Shown here one piece after another: positions 1 to 9,154 of a stretch of DNA of 64,000 nt. Both the position numbers and the translations under genes were made by a program. Within the stretch, counting starts at the first letter, position 1, and each line of letters begins with the position of its first letter. The stretch comes from an uncultured Spirochaetota bacterium (lineage in GTDB: Bacteria > Spirochaetota > Spirochaetia > SZUA-6 > Fen-1364), in contig CAWJSK010000017.1 in the NCBI GenBank assembly GCA_963845535.1, forward strand, positions 1 to 64,000. Direction: 5' to 3'. Under the pieces are notes generated by a model that worked only from the letters and a program-made list of their open reading frames with translations, was not told where the DNA came from and ran no database searches.

Positions 1-43
1 CTGCCCCTGCCAGAATAGCGGGACCAGACCATACCTCCAGGGC

Positions 44-49
44 TATACT
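44..49 (+). promoter_or_regulatory. -10 element (TATACT) of probable leaderless transcript
   Basis: TATACT, 6 nt, then ATG at 56; no Shine-Dalgarno in between. Confidence 0.6.
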
Positions 50-55
50 GACGTC

Positions 56-394
56 ATGGGTCTCCAGATATTCGGGACGCGGAAATGCGCGGATACCCGC
101 AAGGCGGAGAGGTTCTTCAAGGAGCGCGGCGTCAGGTACCAGCTCATCGACCTCGCGGAGAAAGGAATCAGCGCAGGCGAGCTCCGGGCGGTCGCCGCGG
201 CGGTCGGCAGGGACGCTCTGATCGATCTCGGGTCTCTGCGCGCCAAGGCGCGCGGTCTTGCGCATATCGACCATAATCCCGAGGAAGAGATCCTACGGGA
301 CGCCCTTCTCCTGCGCACACCGGTGGTTCGCGACGGAGCGCGCGCGGCAATCGGGCTGGATCCCGAGGCCTGGAAGGAATTCCTGGAAGCCTGA
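56..394 (+). CDS. ArsC/Spx-like (arsenate reductase family) protein
   Basis: N-terminal QIFGTRKCADTRKAERFFKERG and C-terminal LLRTPVVR typical of ArsC-family thioredoxin-fold proteins. Confidence 0.85.
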   Translation: MGLQIFGTRKCADTRKAERFFKERGVRYQLIDLAEKGISAGELRAVAAAVGRDALIDLGSLRAKARGLAHIDHNPEEEILRDALLLRTPVVRDGARAAIGLDPEAWKEFLEA

Positions 395-752
395 GAGCAG
401 GGCAGGAAAACAAAGTGGCACGTGAGCGTTGCATTGGCCTGTTTTTCCGCGCTACGCTGGAATGACCATGATCCGCCCGACCCCTGAGGCATTACCGGAG
501 GGAGCATTCATTCGCTCTCCGCGGATTCCCGCAAGCGAGCTGTTCGTCGGGAAAGTGCCATAGGCGAGCACGCAATGTGAAAGTGACCGATATGAACCGA
601 GCGAAAGCTCGGGTTACGGCTACCTTTGGTGGGTGGACCAGCAGTGGAACGGGTACCCCGCGCACGGGCATCATGCTGAACGCGCGCGTTTGACAACGGC
701 GTCCACGTGGTTGGTGTTCAGCAACCCCATCCCATGGTAGTCTCGACTCGAC

Positions 753-1886
753 ATGAACACGCTTTTGCTCCTCAAATCCGCGGGCTTCGCCGTTTCCATG
801 TTTGTCGCCTGTGCTCTCCTGGCCGCTCCCAATCGAACGGAGCGCGGGCGATACTTCCTGTCCATCGTATGCCTTCAGGCTTCCCTTCTGTTTCTCAAGG
901 ACATTGTTGAACAAAGCGGGGATCTCAATGGCTTACGACATTTCTCATTTTTGCGAACTTCCTTTTCGGGCTTCCTTCATTGTTTCTGTTCATGCGGGTC
1001 ATGTATGGAGATCCAGCACGCCGCCCCCTTGTCCACTACCTTCCATCCCTCGTGAACCTGCCGGCTGCAGCGGTGGTGGCGCGGGGCGCCATTGGATCAG
1101 CAGGGATTGATGGCGCGATCCCGCCGCATACGGGTACGGCTGTCTTTGTTCCCATTTTCTACATCAACATCCTGGCCCTGGGGGAAACTGTTCAGCTTGT
1201 TCATTACGCAGGCGCGAGCCTGCGATACCTGCGGCCCGGTGAAAATGGAGCGCGTGAGAGGATCTACACGCACTTCGTCCTGGGCGTGGCGGCGTGTTAC
1301 GCCGTCTACCATGCTGTTCGCTGGATTGGATTCGGCATTCGCATTGCGAACGCGAGAGGCGGGGGTTTCCCGCCGCTTTCACCATGGGTGAATCCGGCGT
1401 CAATGGTTTTTCTAGCTCCTGTTCATCGGGCTCGCTGGAATCTACATCGTCACGCGGCCAGAGCTGCTCTTTGGCAGCAGGGAATCCCGGATGAAAGCGA
1501 AGTATGGAGGGAAGCCCCTTGAGCGGGCCGAGGCCGCGGTCATCGTCGACAGCGCGGCAAAGCTTCTTTCGTCTTGCGTCGACCTATCGCCGGACAGCAT
1601 GAACCCGCGACGTCTGGCCAGGCGCCTCGGCGTCCCGTATTATCTGCTCTCCCGGGTAGTCAACGAGCACAGCGGACAGACTATTGCTGATCTGATCAGG
1701 GAAAAACGGGTGCAACGCGCAAAGTCTCTTCTGAACGAGTGTCCGGACGCTACGATCCTCAGGATTGCGCTGGAAGCGGGTTTTCCCGCAAAGTCGAGCT
1801 TCAACGACGCATTCAGAAAAACAGTGGGCATAAGCCCGAGCGAATATCGTCGACAGCAGAAGCGACTGGACTGTTCTTCTCATTAA
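753..1886 (+). pseudogene. Membrane-anchored AraC-family regulator, split by two frameshifts
   Basis: Hydrophobic TM segments continue across frames 753, 980 and 1491 (breaks near 948-952 and 1412-1420); C-terminal AraC HTH (IALEAGFPAKSSFNDAFRKTVGISPSEYR). Confidence 0.8.
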
Positions 1887-1898
1887 GAAGCCAGCTAG

Positions 1899-2300
1899 AC
1901 TGAGGGCCCAGAGGCGCCATCATCGGCAACTCAGTATTCCTCGTATCCGAACGTGAGCCAACCGACTTCAGGCGCAACCTGGGCGCTGGCGAATGGCAAT
2001 TCCATTCTTTGGTCTGGAGGATCGCGGACAACAGGATCATCCTACCTTGTCGCTGTCATGGGCAGCTCAGGTATTGTCTGGCCGGCGGGCGGGAGTCCTC
2101 AGGAGGTTGCGATAGGTGCTGCCGGGGCGGTAGTTCCCCCAGGCACCCTCGCTGCAGGCAACTACACTGTGCTTGTCGGAATTGCGACAGCCGGAACAGT
2201 GAGTGGCGGTGCCACGGACGGGATTGCCTTCAGCAACGCCCTTCCGCACTCAAGTTTGTACGTTGGAGGCGGTGTAACGATTCCAATCACGGTCAACTAG
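1899..2300 (+). pseudogene. C-terminal fragment of a beta-rich secreted/surface protein
   Basis: Open frame from stop at 1896-1898 to TAG 2300, G/S/T/V-rich, ends ITIPITVN, no signal peptide or good start; followed by hairpin. Confidence 0.45.
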
Positions 2301-2311
2301 GCCTTCCCGAA

Positions 2312-2345
2312 GGGGAGCCGTCCGAAAGAGAACGGCTCCCCATTT
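2312..2345 (+). terminator. Putative intrinsic terminator
   Basis: 10-bp stem GGGGAGCCGT/ACGGCTCCCC followed by ATTT, just after stop at 2300. Confidence 0.55.
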
Positions 2346-2528
2346 CCGTGGCCCCAGGGTAGGCGGTTGCCAAGCTTTTTCTTTGCCTTTCAGCCCCTCC
2401 AGTCGAGAGGGTCGGACAGCGTGAGGTCCCCGAAGACCGCGCATCCAGTCAAGAAAAAGGGCCACGGCCTCCGCGCCTGTTGAACCTCGGATGCCCGTCT
2501 CCGAGCAGGCCAGTCGATCAAGGAACCG

Positions 2529-2660
2529 CGCGATGACATGTACGTGGAACCCTCGAACACCGGGGTCCACGCACGGCGGCTCAGGGAGAAGATCGAGGAG
2601 GATCCGTCGCGGCTCCGGCACATCGAAACGGTGTGGGGTGTCGGCTACCGGTGGAAGCTA
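2529..2660 (+). pseudogene. Relic of OmpR/PhoB winged-helix C-terminus
   Basis: NTGVHARRLREKIEEDPSRLRHIETVWGVGYRW matches the end of OmpR-type DNA-binding domains; no receiver domain upstream. Confidence 0.8.
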
Positions 2661-2676
2661 ATGGCTGTTCGGGCGA

Positions 2677-3003
2677 TTACGCCGCAGGCCTGGAAAGGCC
2701 GTCCCATCGCATGCCATGTTTTCCCGTGAGAGGTTCCGTCGCCGCAATCGCCGCCGCGGCCGGGCTCCTCAGAGAGGTCACAACAACTTTTCCCCGGCGG
2801 GCGCACGTGTGACTGTCACCGGGAAGAAGGAGATGATCCTGCGGATCTCCCGTCTGGGTCAGATGGAGGCATCCCGCCATGCAGGATACCGTGATCGAAC
2901 CCCGGGCGAGACGGAAGGTGAGCATCTCCCCATGCCGCAGGATCAGCCGGGCAGCGCCTTGTTTTCGGTTGGCGTCATTCGCATCGTTGATGCTGAGCTT
3001 CAT
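2677..3003 (-). CDS. DUF2917 domain-containing protein
   Basis: VSCMAGCLHLTQTGDPQDHLLLPGDS motif; ATG at 3003 overlaps the GNAT stop (ATGA). Confidence 0.8.
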   Translation of the reverse strand: MKLSINDANDANRKQGAARLILRHGEMLTFRLARGSITVSCMAGCLHLTQTGDPQDHLLLPGDSHTCARRGKVVVTSLRSPAAAAIAATEPLTGKHGMRWDGLSRPAA

Positions 3004-3518
3004 GGGAGACCTCCTGCTCTCAGATCGAGCTCCATCTGGACGCTCGTGAGCTCGGTTCCATAGCGGTTGTCGATCTCGTATTTGACAGGCAGAAAGCCGA
3101 TCTTTTCGTACATGTGCATGGAGGCGGGCAGGCCTGTCACCGTCCAGAGATAGCACCGGGTGTAGCGTTCACGCGCGAAGCGCAGAGAGCGCGACAAGAG
3201 CTCTGATCCAATGCCCTGTCCGTGGCAGCCTGGATCCAGGAGGAACCAGCGCAGCCGCGCGGAGTCGCTGCCCGGCTCGGGACGAAGGATGGCGATGGTT
3301 CCGACGACTCGCCCGGCAACGGCGGCGGACAGGAGGAGGTCCCGCCCGGGATCATAGCCTTCGATGAAGTCGCAGACCTCACGAGCCATCAGGCTCTCGA
3401 ACTCAGCGCCGACCCCCCATTCCCGGGCATAGTACATCCCGTGGAGCTCGACGATCCTGCCTATGATTCCGGGCCGGTATCCTTCGATGAGGGACGCGCC
3501 TCTGGCTTTGTCATTCAT
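3000..3518 (-). CDS. GNAT family N-acetyltransferase
   Basis: ARLRWFLLDPGCHGQGIGSEL acetyl-CoA motif; RPGIIGRIVELHGMYYAREWG resembles the GNAT half of MarR-GNAT proteins; GGAGG RBS. Confidence 0.9.
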   Translation of the reverse strand: MNDKARGASLIEGYRPGIIGRIVELHGMYYAREWGVGAEFESLMAREVCDFIEGYDPGRDLLLSAAVAGRVVGTIAILRPEPGSDSARLRWFLLDPGCHGQGIGSELLSRSLRFARERYTRCYLWTVTGLPASMHMYEKIGFLPVKYEIDNRYGTELTSVQMELDLRAGGLP

Positions 3519-4335
3519 TCCGACGGCCTCCATGCCTGTCCGCCTTGGCGGTGCTCCACAGCGCCTCGAAGGTGATGGTAAGCGCCTCGATCATGCCGAC
3601 GTGATGGGTGACGAGGGCCGTGAACGAGGGCTTGCCTCCCACAGGATCCTGCAGCGAGAGGAGGGCCGTTTTCCCGTCGAACGCGTGTATTTTGACCGGA
3701 AGATGCTCACACACCCGTATCTCCTGGCCCAGCTTGCCGCAGGCAAGCGCGAACTCCGCCACCTCCGGCAGCGCGAGCGCGGACTCCTCGTAGATCGAGC
3801 GGTAACGGGTCCCCCGAGAGAGCGGTTCCTGGATGAACTGGATGTTCTGCTCCGTGGAGAGGATCAGGGGAAGCTTGACGAAGGAAATGACGAACGACTT
3901 CGTGGCCATGGCCAGCTCGAGGGAGCGCCGGGCTATGCTGTTCGAGGTGCGAAGGACCTCGATGTACTGAAAGGGATCACTCTCCTGGAGCCCCGCCCGG
4001 TACAGGGGCGCAAGGCTGTTGATGGTATCCGCAGCCTGCTTCTCGATGCGCGTGAGCTCCTCGCTCAGCTCCCTGCCCTTGTTGCTCAGGTGGTTCTTGA
4101 GGGCTATCGAAGGATCCACGCACCCGTACAGGCGCGGGCGCGTGCTCTTCACAATACAGAACCCCTTTTCTTCGAGTGAGTTCAGCACGTCATAGATCCG
4201 CTGGCGCGGTATCCCCGCGCGCTGCGCAAGGCTTGCGGGTGCGTAATCTCCGCGCTCCAGGAGAGAAAGATAGACGGATGCCTCGTACCGGTTCAGGCCA
4301 AGATCCACCAGCCCTTGGACTTTCTTTTCGTTCAC
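3511..4335 (-). CDS. TrmB family transcriptional regulator
   Basis: LGLNRYEASVYLSLL...GIPRQRIYDVLNSLEEKG TrmB HTH plus PLD-like effector domain. Confidence 0.9.
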   Translation of the reverse strand: MNEKKVQGLVDLGLNRYEASVYLSLLERGDYAPASLAQRAGIPRQRIYDVLNSLEEKGFCIVKSTRPRLYGCVDPSIALKNHLSNKGRELSEELTRIEKQAADTINSLAPLYRAGLQESDPFQYIEVLRTSNSIARRSLELAMATKSFVISFVKLPLILSTEQNIQFIQEPLSRGTRYRSIYEESALALPEVAEFALACGKLGQEIRVCEHLPVKIHAFDGKTALLSLQDPVGGKPSFTALVTHHVGMIEALTITFEALWSTAKADRHGGRRNE

Positions 4336-4341
4336 TCTTGC

Positions 4342-4370
4342 AATATAACACCACTAATTAGTGGTGTCAA
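4342..4370 (-). promoter_or_regulatory. Sigma70 promoter with overlapping perfect 20-bp palindromic operator
   Basis: TTGACA-17-TATATT on minus strand; ACACCACTAATTAGTGGTGT (4348-4367) fills the spacer; GTG start 6 nt after the -10. Confidence 0.85.
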
Positions 4371-4679
4371 TAATGTTCTCAGCGATTCCTACTGCGTTCG
4401 TGTTGATCACAGTGCGCGCGTCCGCAACAGCGCCGCCCGCAGCGGGAAAGGGCGCTTTCGCAATTTCCGACGCCCCACTCGCCGCCGAACCGCCCTTGCC
4501 CGCCGGGAGGTTGCACAGATCCTGTGCGCGCGCGACCGCAGGAGGTTCGTGACCAGCAAGGCGCCGGAGCACAAAACCTCGGGGGGCATCGTGGCGGCGT
4601 AACGCAGCCCTGTATCCGCCCGCACACGCGCTGCAAGCCCGGAAGCCCGACGAGCCAGCGTCATGCCTCCACGGCTCGT

Positions 4680-5258
4680 TCACGCAAGCCCAAGGATCGC
4701 GGTGACGATGGAAAGTGTGGATTGAACGTATGCGGCTGGCGGGCCGCGCTTCTTGCTGCGGCTCCAGCGGGCCGCCAACGCGTGCAGCGAAGAGCCCGCC
4801 GCCGCTGCGGCTTCCGCAAAGGCCCGCGGCGCCGTCTTGCCAGGAGCACCGGCCCAGCGGAGAAAAAGCTCGGCGCTGTAGCCGGCAATGACTTCTCCCA
4901 GGATCCAATCCAGGTGCTCATGGGGCGGCTTGCAGTGATCGTGCAAGCCGGCGATATAGCCGCACGCCGCCACGAAGAGATCCCTCACCGACTCCGGGCG
5001 CAGAGAACGGTCAGCCAGGTCTTTGCTCTCAATCTCTGCCTGGAAGGCTTTCCGGATTGCATGGCGGAGGAGCGCGTAGATATCCACGAAGTGCGAATAG
5101 AAGGTGACGCGGTTGATTCCCGCCCTGTCGGCGACGTCCTGGACTGAAAGGCCCTCAAATCCCTTCTCCTCCATCACCTCCAGGAAGGCATCCTCAATGA
5201 GCTTTCGCGTCCGCGTGACGCGGGGGTCTGTCTTTGCCTCTTTCTCTGCGGCGGCCAC
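4680..5258 (-). CDS. TetR/AcrR family transcriptional regulator
   Basis: DPRVTRTRKLIEDAF...LSVQDVADRAGINRVTFYSHF HTH. Confidence 0.92.
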   Translation of the reverse strand: MAAAEKEAKTDPRVTRTRKLIEDAFLEVMEEKGFEGLSVQDVADRAGINRVTFYSHFVDIYALLRHAIRKAFQAEIESKDLADRSLRPESVRDLFVAACGYIAGLHDHCKPPHEHLDWILGEVIAGYSAELFLRWAGAPGKTAPRAFAEAAAAAGSSLHALAARWSRSKKRGPPAAYVQSTLSIVTAILGLA

Positions 5259-5343
5259 TCCTGCTCCTCAAGAAAAACTACACTTGTCGCTTAGACGACG
5301 CCTGTATATATTCAGGATACCAAGGCGAGTTTGGAGAGTCAAC

Positions 5344-6264
5344 ATGAGAGAGCACGTGACGAATGCGGACGCAACGGCCACGGGGAAATCCATCCACCCT
5401 GCCACGCGCATGGGGACTGTGTCCCTGACGGTGTCCGACCTGGACAACCAGATCGAGTTCTATCGGACGCTCCTGGGGTTCACGCAGCACTGGAAAAAGG
5501 AAAGCCGGGCGGCGCTGGGCGCTGGACGGGAAGACCTCCTGGAGCTGGTGGAGCAGCCAGAGGCCAGGCGATATCCCCAGACCACGGGTCTGTATCATTT
5601 TGCGGTTCTGTTTCCCGACCGGCGCGACCTTGCGCGTGCGGTGGGTCGGCTTTTCCAGGCACGGTATGAGAGCTATCCCACGGATCACATCATGACCAAG
5701 ACTACCTACCTGGACGATCCGGAGGGCCAGACAGTCGAGCTGTACACCGAGTCACCTGAGGACGGGACCATGGGAATCCAGAACGGCGGCTTTTTTGCGC
5801 GCCGTGCGGACGGCACGCTCAGCAACGGAAGGGAGCCGCTGGACGTGGAAGCCCTGTTCTCTCACCTCGAGCCCGGAGATCGACTGGACCAACCCAATCC
5901 CGCCGAAACGAAGATTGGCCACGTCCACCTCTCCGTGCGTGACGTCCCCGAGGCCGTGGACTTCTACACTCGCGTGATCGGGTTCGACGATATGGGCTCT
6001 TCCGCTCACCTGCAAGCGGGTTTTGTCTCCGCAGGCGGCTACCACCACCACGTGGGTCTGAACTCCTGGATCGGGCATGGGCGCCCTCCGGCGCCGGACG
6101 GCGCGCAGGGACTCAGGCACTTCACCGTGGTCGTTCCCGACCGCACAAGCTATGACGAGGTGATCCAGAGGATCAGGGCGGAGGATGTTGCCGTAGAGGA
6201 ACGGGCGGAAGGGCTTTTTGTTCGAGACCCCTCGCGCAACGGGATCATCATAAAGCATTCGTGA
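5344..6264 (+). CDS. VOC family protein, catechol 2,3-dioxygenase (CatE-like)
   Basis: Two glyoxalase domains; GLYHFAVL, YLDDPEG, IGHVHLSV, AGGYHHHVGLNSW motifs; start may be GTG 5356. Confidence 0.88.
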   Translation: MREHVTNADATATGKSIHPATRMGTVSLTVSDLDNQIEFYRTLLGFTQHWKKESRAALGAGREDLLELVEQPEARRYPQTTGLYHFAVLFPDRRDLARAVGRLFQARYESYPTDHIMTKTTYLDDPEGQTVELYTESPEDGTMGIQNGGFFARRADGTLSNGREPLDVEALFSHLEPGDRLDQPNPAETKIGHVHLSVRDVPEAVDFYTRVIGFDDMGSSAHLQAGFVSAGGYHHHVGLNSWIGHGRPPAPDGAQGLRHFTVVVPDRTSYDEVIQRIRAEDVAVEERAEGLFVRDPSRNGIIIKHS

Positions 6265-6320
6265 CGTCACGGCCGGCGCACGCCGAACGTTTGATTACAC
6301 AAGAACATAGGAGGTTCGCA

Positions 6321-7236
6321 ATGTCAGAGATGAAAGCTGTTCGATACCATGAGTACGGAGACAGCGGGAAGCTTATCCGTGGAGTCGGTGCCCCGCCCGG
6401 CAGCCAAGGCCGGAGAGGTCCTGGTACGGGTCCACTACTCTGGAGTAAACCCGGTGGACTGGAAGCTCCGATCGGGAATTTTCAAGGCATTCATGCCCGT
6501 AACGTTTCCGTCCACGCCGGGCCGCGAGTTTTCAGGCGTGGTCGAGGAAATTGGCCAGGGCGTGACCGGCTTCAGCAAGGGGCAGGAGGTGTTCGGAGCG
6601 ACAGACGGCTCCTACGCGGAGTATGTCGCGGTACCCACAAAGGACGTTGCACCCATTCCGAACGGCGTCACTTTTGAGCAGGCCGCTTCGGTTCCCCTGG
6701 GAGCGCTGACAGCGTGGAGCGTCATAGCGGACGCCAACCTGAAGCCCGGGCAGACCGTTGTAGTTGTCGGTGCTGCCGGCGGCGTTGGCCTTTTTGCGGT
6801 CCAGTTTGCCAAGGCCAAAGGGGCGAAGGTCTTTGGCGCGGCTTCCCGCGGAAACCTGGATTTTGTCCGATCCCTGGGCGCGGAGCCGGTGGACTACACT
6901 GCGGGCCCCATTAGCGCAAAGATCAAGGACGCGGACGTTGTGGTAGATACCGTTGGAGGTGATGCGCTGAATGCCGCCTACGGGCTCGTGAAAAAAGGAG
7001 GGCTCCTTCTGACCGTGGCCGGGATGCCGTCAGAGGACAAAGCCAAAGAGCTCGGCATTACCGCCAAGAGCTCCGGGAACAAAGGCAGTGAGCCGCTTCC
7101 CAAGATTGCGGAGATGCTGGCTGCGGGCAAGCTCATGACCGCTCCCAGCAAGGTCTTCCCGCTGGCCCAGGCAGGCGCAGCGCAGGACCTGAGCCAGGCT
7201 GGACACGGCAGGGGCCGCATACTTCTGAAGGTGTAG
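6321..7236 (+). pseudogene. NADP-dependent (MDR/quinone) oxidoreductase with a +1 frameshift
   Basis: AGGAGG RBS and MSEMKAVRYHEYG start in one frame; EVLVRVHYSGVNPVDWK, GAAGGVG and GRGRILL in the next; one extra base near 6377-6378. Confidence 0.85.
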
Positions 7237-7393
7237 CCGCTGGGCTTCCGGCGCGCTTTCCGTAATCACCGTGCCATCCTCGGGAGCTTTGCTCGCTACT
7301 CTATTTCCTCCAGGCCGGGCTTCTCGATGCGGTGTATCACGTCTCGGCTCGCGGCCAATCACGGACTTTCGCAGGAGAGCACACCGGGTCGAA

Positions 7394-7984
7394 TCAGTAT
7401 CGCTCATCGCCGTTCTGCGGAGCGGGCGGCAGAATCGAGTACTCTTTCCCGTTGATGCGGGTTCCGCCATTTGCGAGGCCCCCCATGAGCTCGACGTTGT
7501 GGGCGGGAAAGTCCAGGTTCGGCCTGCTCACCTTCTCGAGTGCGGCAAGGTGCTCGGGGCTGAGCGTCACCTCGGCGGAGTCGAGATTCTCATCGAGCTG
7601 TGCCGTGGTTCGTGCGCCGATGATGATCGAAGCGACGCCATCCCGTCCTCGAAGCCACGCGAGCGATACTCTCGCGGCGCTCGTGCCGAGCTCGCGTGCA
7701 ACGCTTTCCACGGCATCTACGATGTCGTAAGTCCTGTCCTCCGCAAGCACCGGCAGCAGGTATTCGCCGTAGCTCGGTTTGTGCTTCCCGCGGTTCTGCC
7801 GGGCATACTTGCCGCTTAAGATGCCTCGTTTGAGAGGCGCCCATGGCATTACTTCCATACCGAGCTCCCGCGCCATGGGAAGAATTTCGCCCTCTATAGT
7901 ACGCTCGAGAAGCGAGTACTCGACCTGAAGCGCAGTGACGGGTGTCCATCCGCGCAGCATTTGTCCCAGCCAAGTACCTTCCAT
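7394..7984 (-). pseudogene. Aldo/keto reductase, N-terminally truncated
   Basis: ALQVEYSLLERTIE, WAPLKRGILSGKY and IIGARTTAQLDENL present; N-terminal half with catalytic Asp/Tyr/Lys absent. Confidence 0.8.
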
Positions 7985-8020
7985 CCTGACTGCATATGAA
8001 TGGTGGATTGATATACACTG

Positions 8021-8240
8021 TCAGTCTCCGATAGGAAATACGGCCATCATGCCGGCGTGGTCATCGGAATCGATCTCCAGGAGGAGCCGCCATTCCCTGA
8101 CCAACTCTTCCAGTTCGGCTCGCCGGGGATCTTTACGGCCGCTGACATCACCGAAGTTCAACCCATTCGAAACCAACTGGCATTCAAGCTGCATGTCGTT
8201 CTGGATCTGGCGCGGCTGCCCCAGCAACTTATGATACTTC
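8021..8240 (-). pseudogene. DUF1963/YwqG family fragment
   Basis: HKLLGQPRQIQNDMQLECQLVSNG...WRLLLEIDSDDHAGMM matches the YwqG C-terminal region; truncated at both ends. Confidence 0.7.
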
Positions 8241-8395
8241 TCCCCAAACCACGCCGGGCGGCAAATGTTCTTCGGGGGAGACAATCGTTTTTAGCCGGAT
8301 CGCTATACGGATATCGGCCAAGATGTTTCCAGCCACCCGTTCCAATCCGTCTTGTTTCAACCTCGAAAGCGTGGACCGGCCTCACAGCCGCGTCA

Positions 8396-9037
8396 TCAGC
8401 CGTCTGCCCGGCTTTCCGATTTTGCCTGGTGCGAGCCGCCTGCTTTCCCGGGAGCGCGAAGCCCGTCCATCATGACCTGAAGGAGAAGGCGGGCTTGGGC
8501 GGCTGGATCGGAAGCCTTCTCAGCGGCGACTGTTATCGCATGAACAAGGTGGAGGAGGTCATCTGCGTCCAGTCCCTTTCGTACGCCGCCTTCCTTTTCC
8601 GCAGCCTCCAGGAGGGCTCCTCCGGCCGCAATGAGTCGTTCCTTCCAGTTCCCCCGTGACAGCCGTCCCGGGCTTGCGCTGATCAGGCAGGCCTTCAACG
8701 CCCCGTTGTTCATCATGTTGTCCGCTTCGTCCTGCAGCCACGCCACCAGCGCTTCTGCCGGCGGGAGGGATTCTTGAAGCACGGCGGACCGCGCTATCAG
8801 TCCCTCCATCTGGTCCAGGTACACGGCCTCCAGGAGATCCGCGCGCGTGGGGAAGTGGCGGTAGAGAGTCCCGATGCCGACCTTGGCCCGCCGGGCTATT
8901 TCCTCCATGGGAACTTCAGGGCCTTTCTCCGTAAACAGCTTGTGCGCAACGTCAAGCAGCCGCTTGTCGTTTCTGCGGGCATCGGCGCGGAGGGGCCGTT
9001 CTTCCTCCTGACCGTCCCTGGTTGTGTGAGCACCCAT
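8396..9037 (-). CDS. TetR/AcrR family transcriptional regulator
   Basis: LRADARRN...EEIARRAKVGIGTLYRHFPTR; ATG 9037 lies 6 nt after TATACT. Confidence 0.92.
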   Translation of the reverse strand: MGAHTTRDGQEEERPLRADARRNDKRLLDVAHKLFTEKGPEVPMEEIARRAKVGIGTLYRHFPTRADLLEAVYLDQMEGLIARSAVLQESLPPAEALVAWLQDEADNMMNNGALKACLISASPGRLSRGNWKERLIAAGGALLEAAEKEGGVRKGLDADDLLHLVHAITVAAEKASDPAAQARLLLQVMMDGLRAPGKAGGSHQAKSESRADG

Positions 9038-9043
9038 GTCACA

Positions 9044-9123
9044 AGTATACGATTTTTCTTCGTCGATGTTGACTACCGGAGGGACCCTCCGTATATTCGC
9101 AGCATAAACGGAGCCTGTCTCCG
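9044..9123. promoter_or_regulatory. Divergent promoters with two CGGAG-N5-CTCCG operators
   Basis: Plus strand TTGACT(9069)-17-TATATT(9092); minus strand TATACT (9049-9044); palindromes at 9077-9091 and 9109-9123. Confidence 0.8.
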
Positions 9124-9154
9124 GATAACTATGGTCGCTGCGGAGGTTTCTACC

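Noticed and set aside
416..433. TGGCAC...TTGC as sigma54 promoter
   Set aside because: Spacing is 2 nt too long for the GG-N10-GC rule
549..565. GGGAAAGTGCCA resembling part of RNase P RNA, and a nearby GAAA hairpin resembling a c-di-GMP-I riboswitch
   Set aside because: Other conserved elements (GAGGAAAGUCC; GGCAAAC...GACGCAAAG) are absent
8774..9154. Long N-terminal extensions in the ORF track (also 5104, 22301, 31872, 44212, 57881)
   Set aside because: They overlap neighbouring genes or promoters; RBS and motif evidence supports later starts
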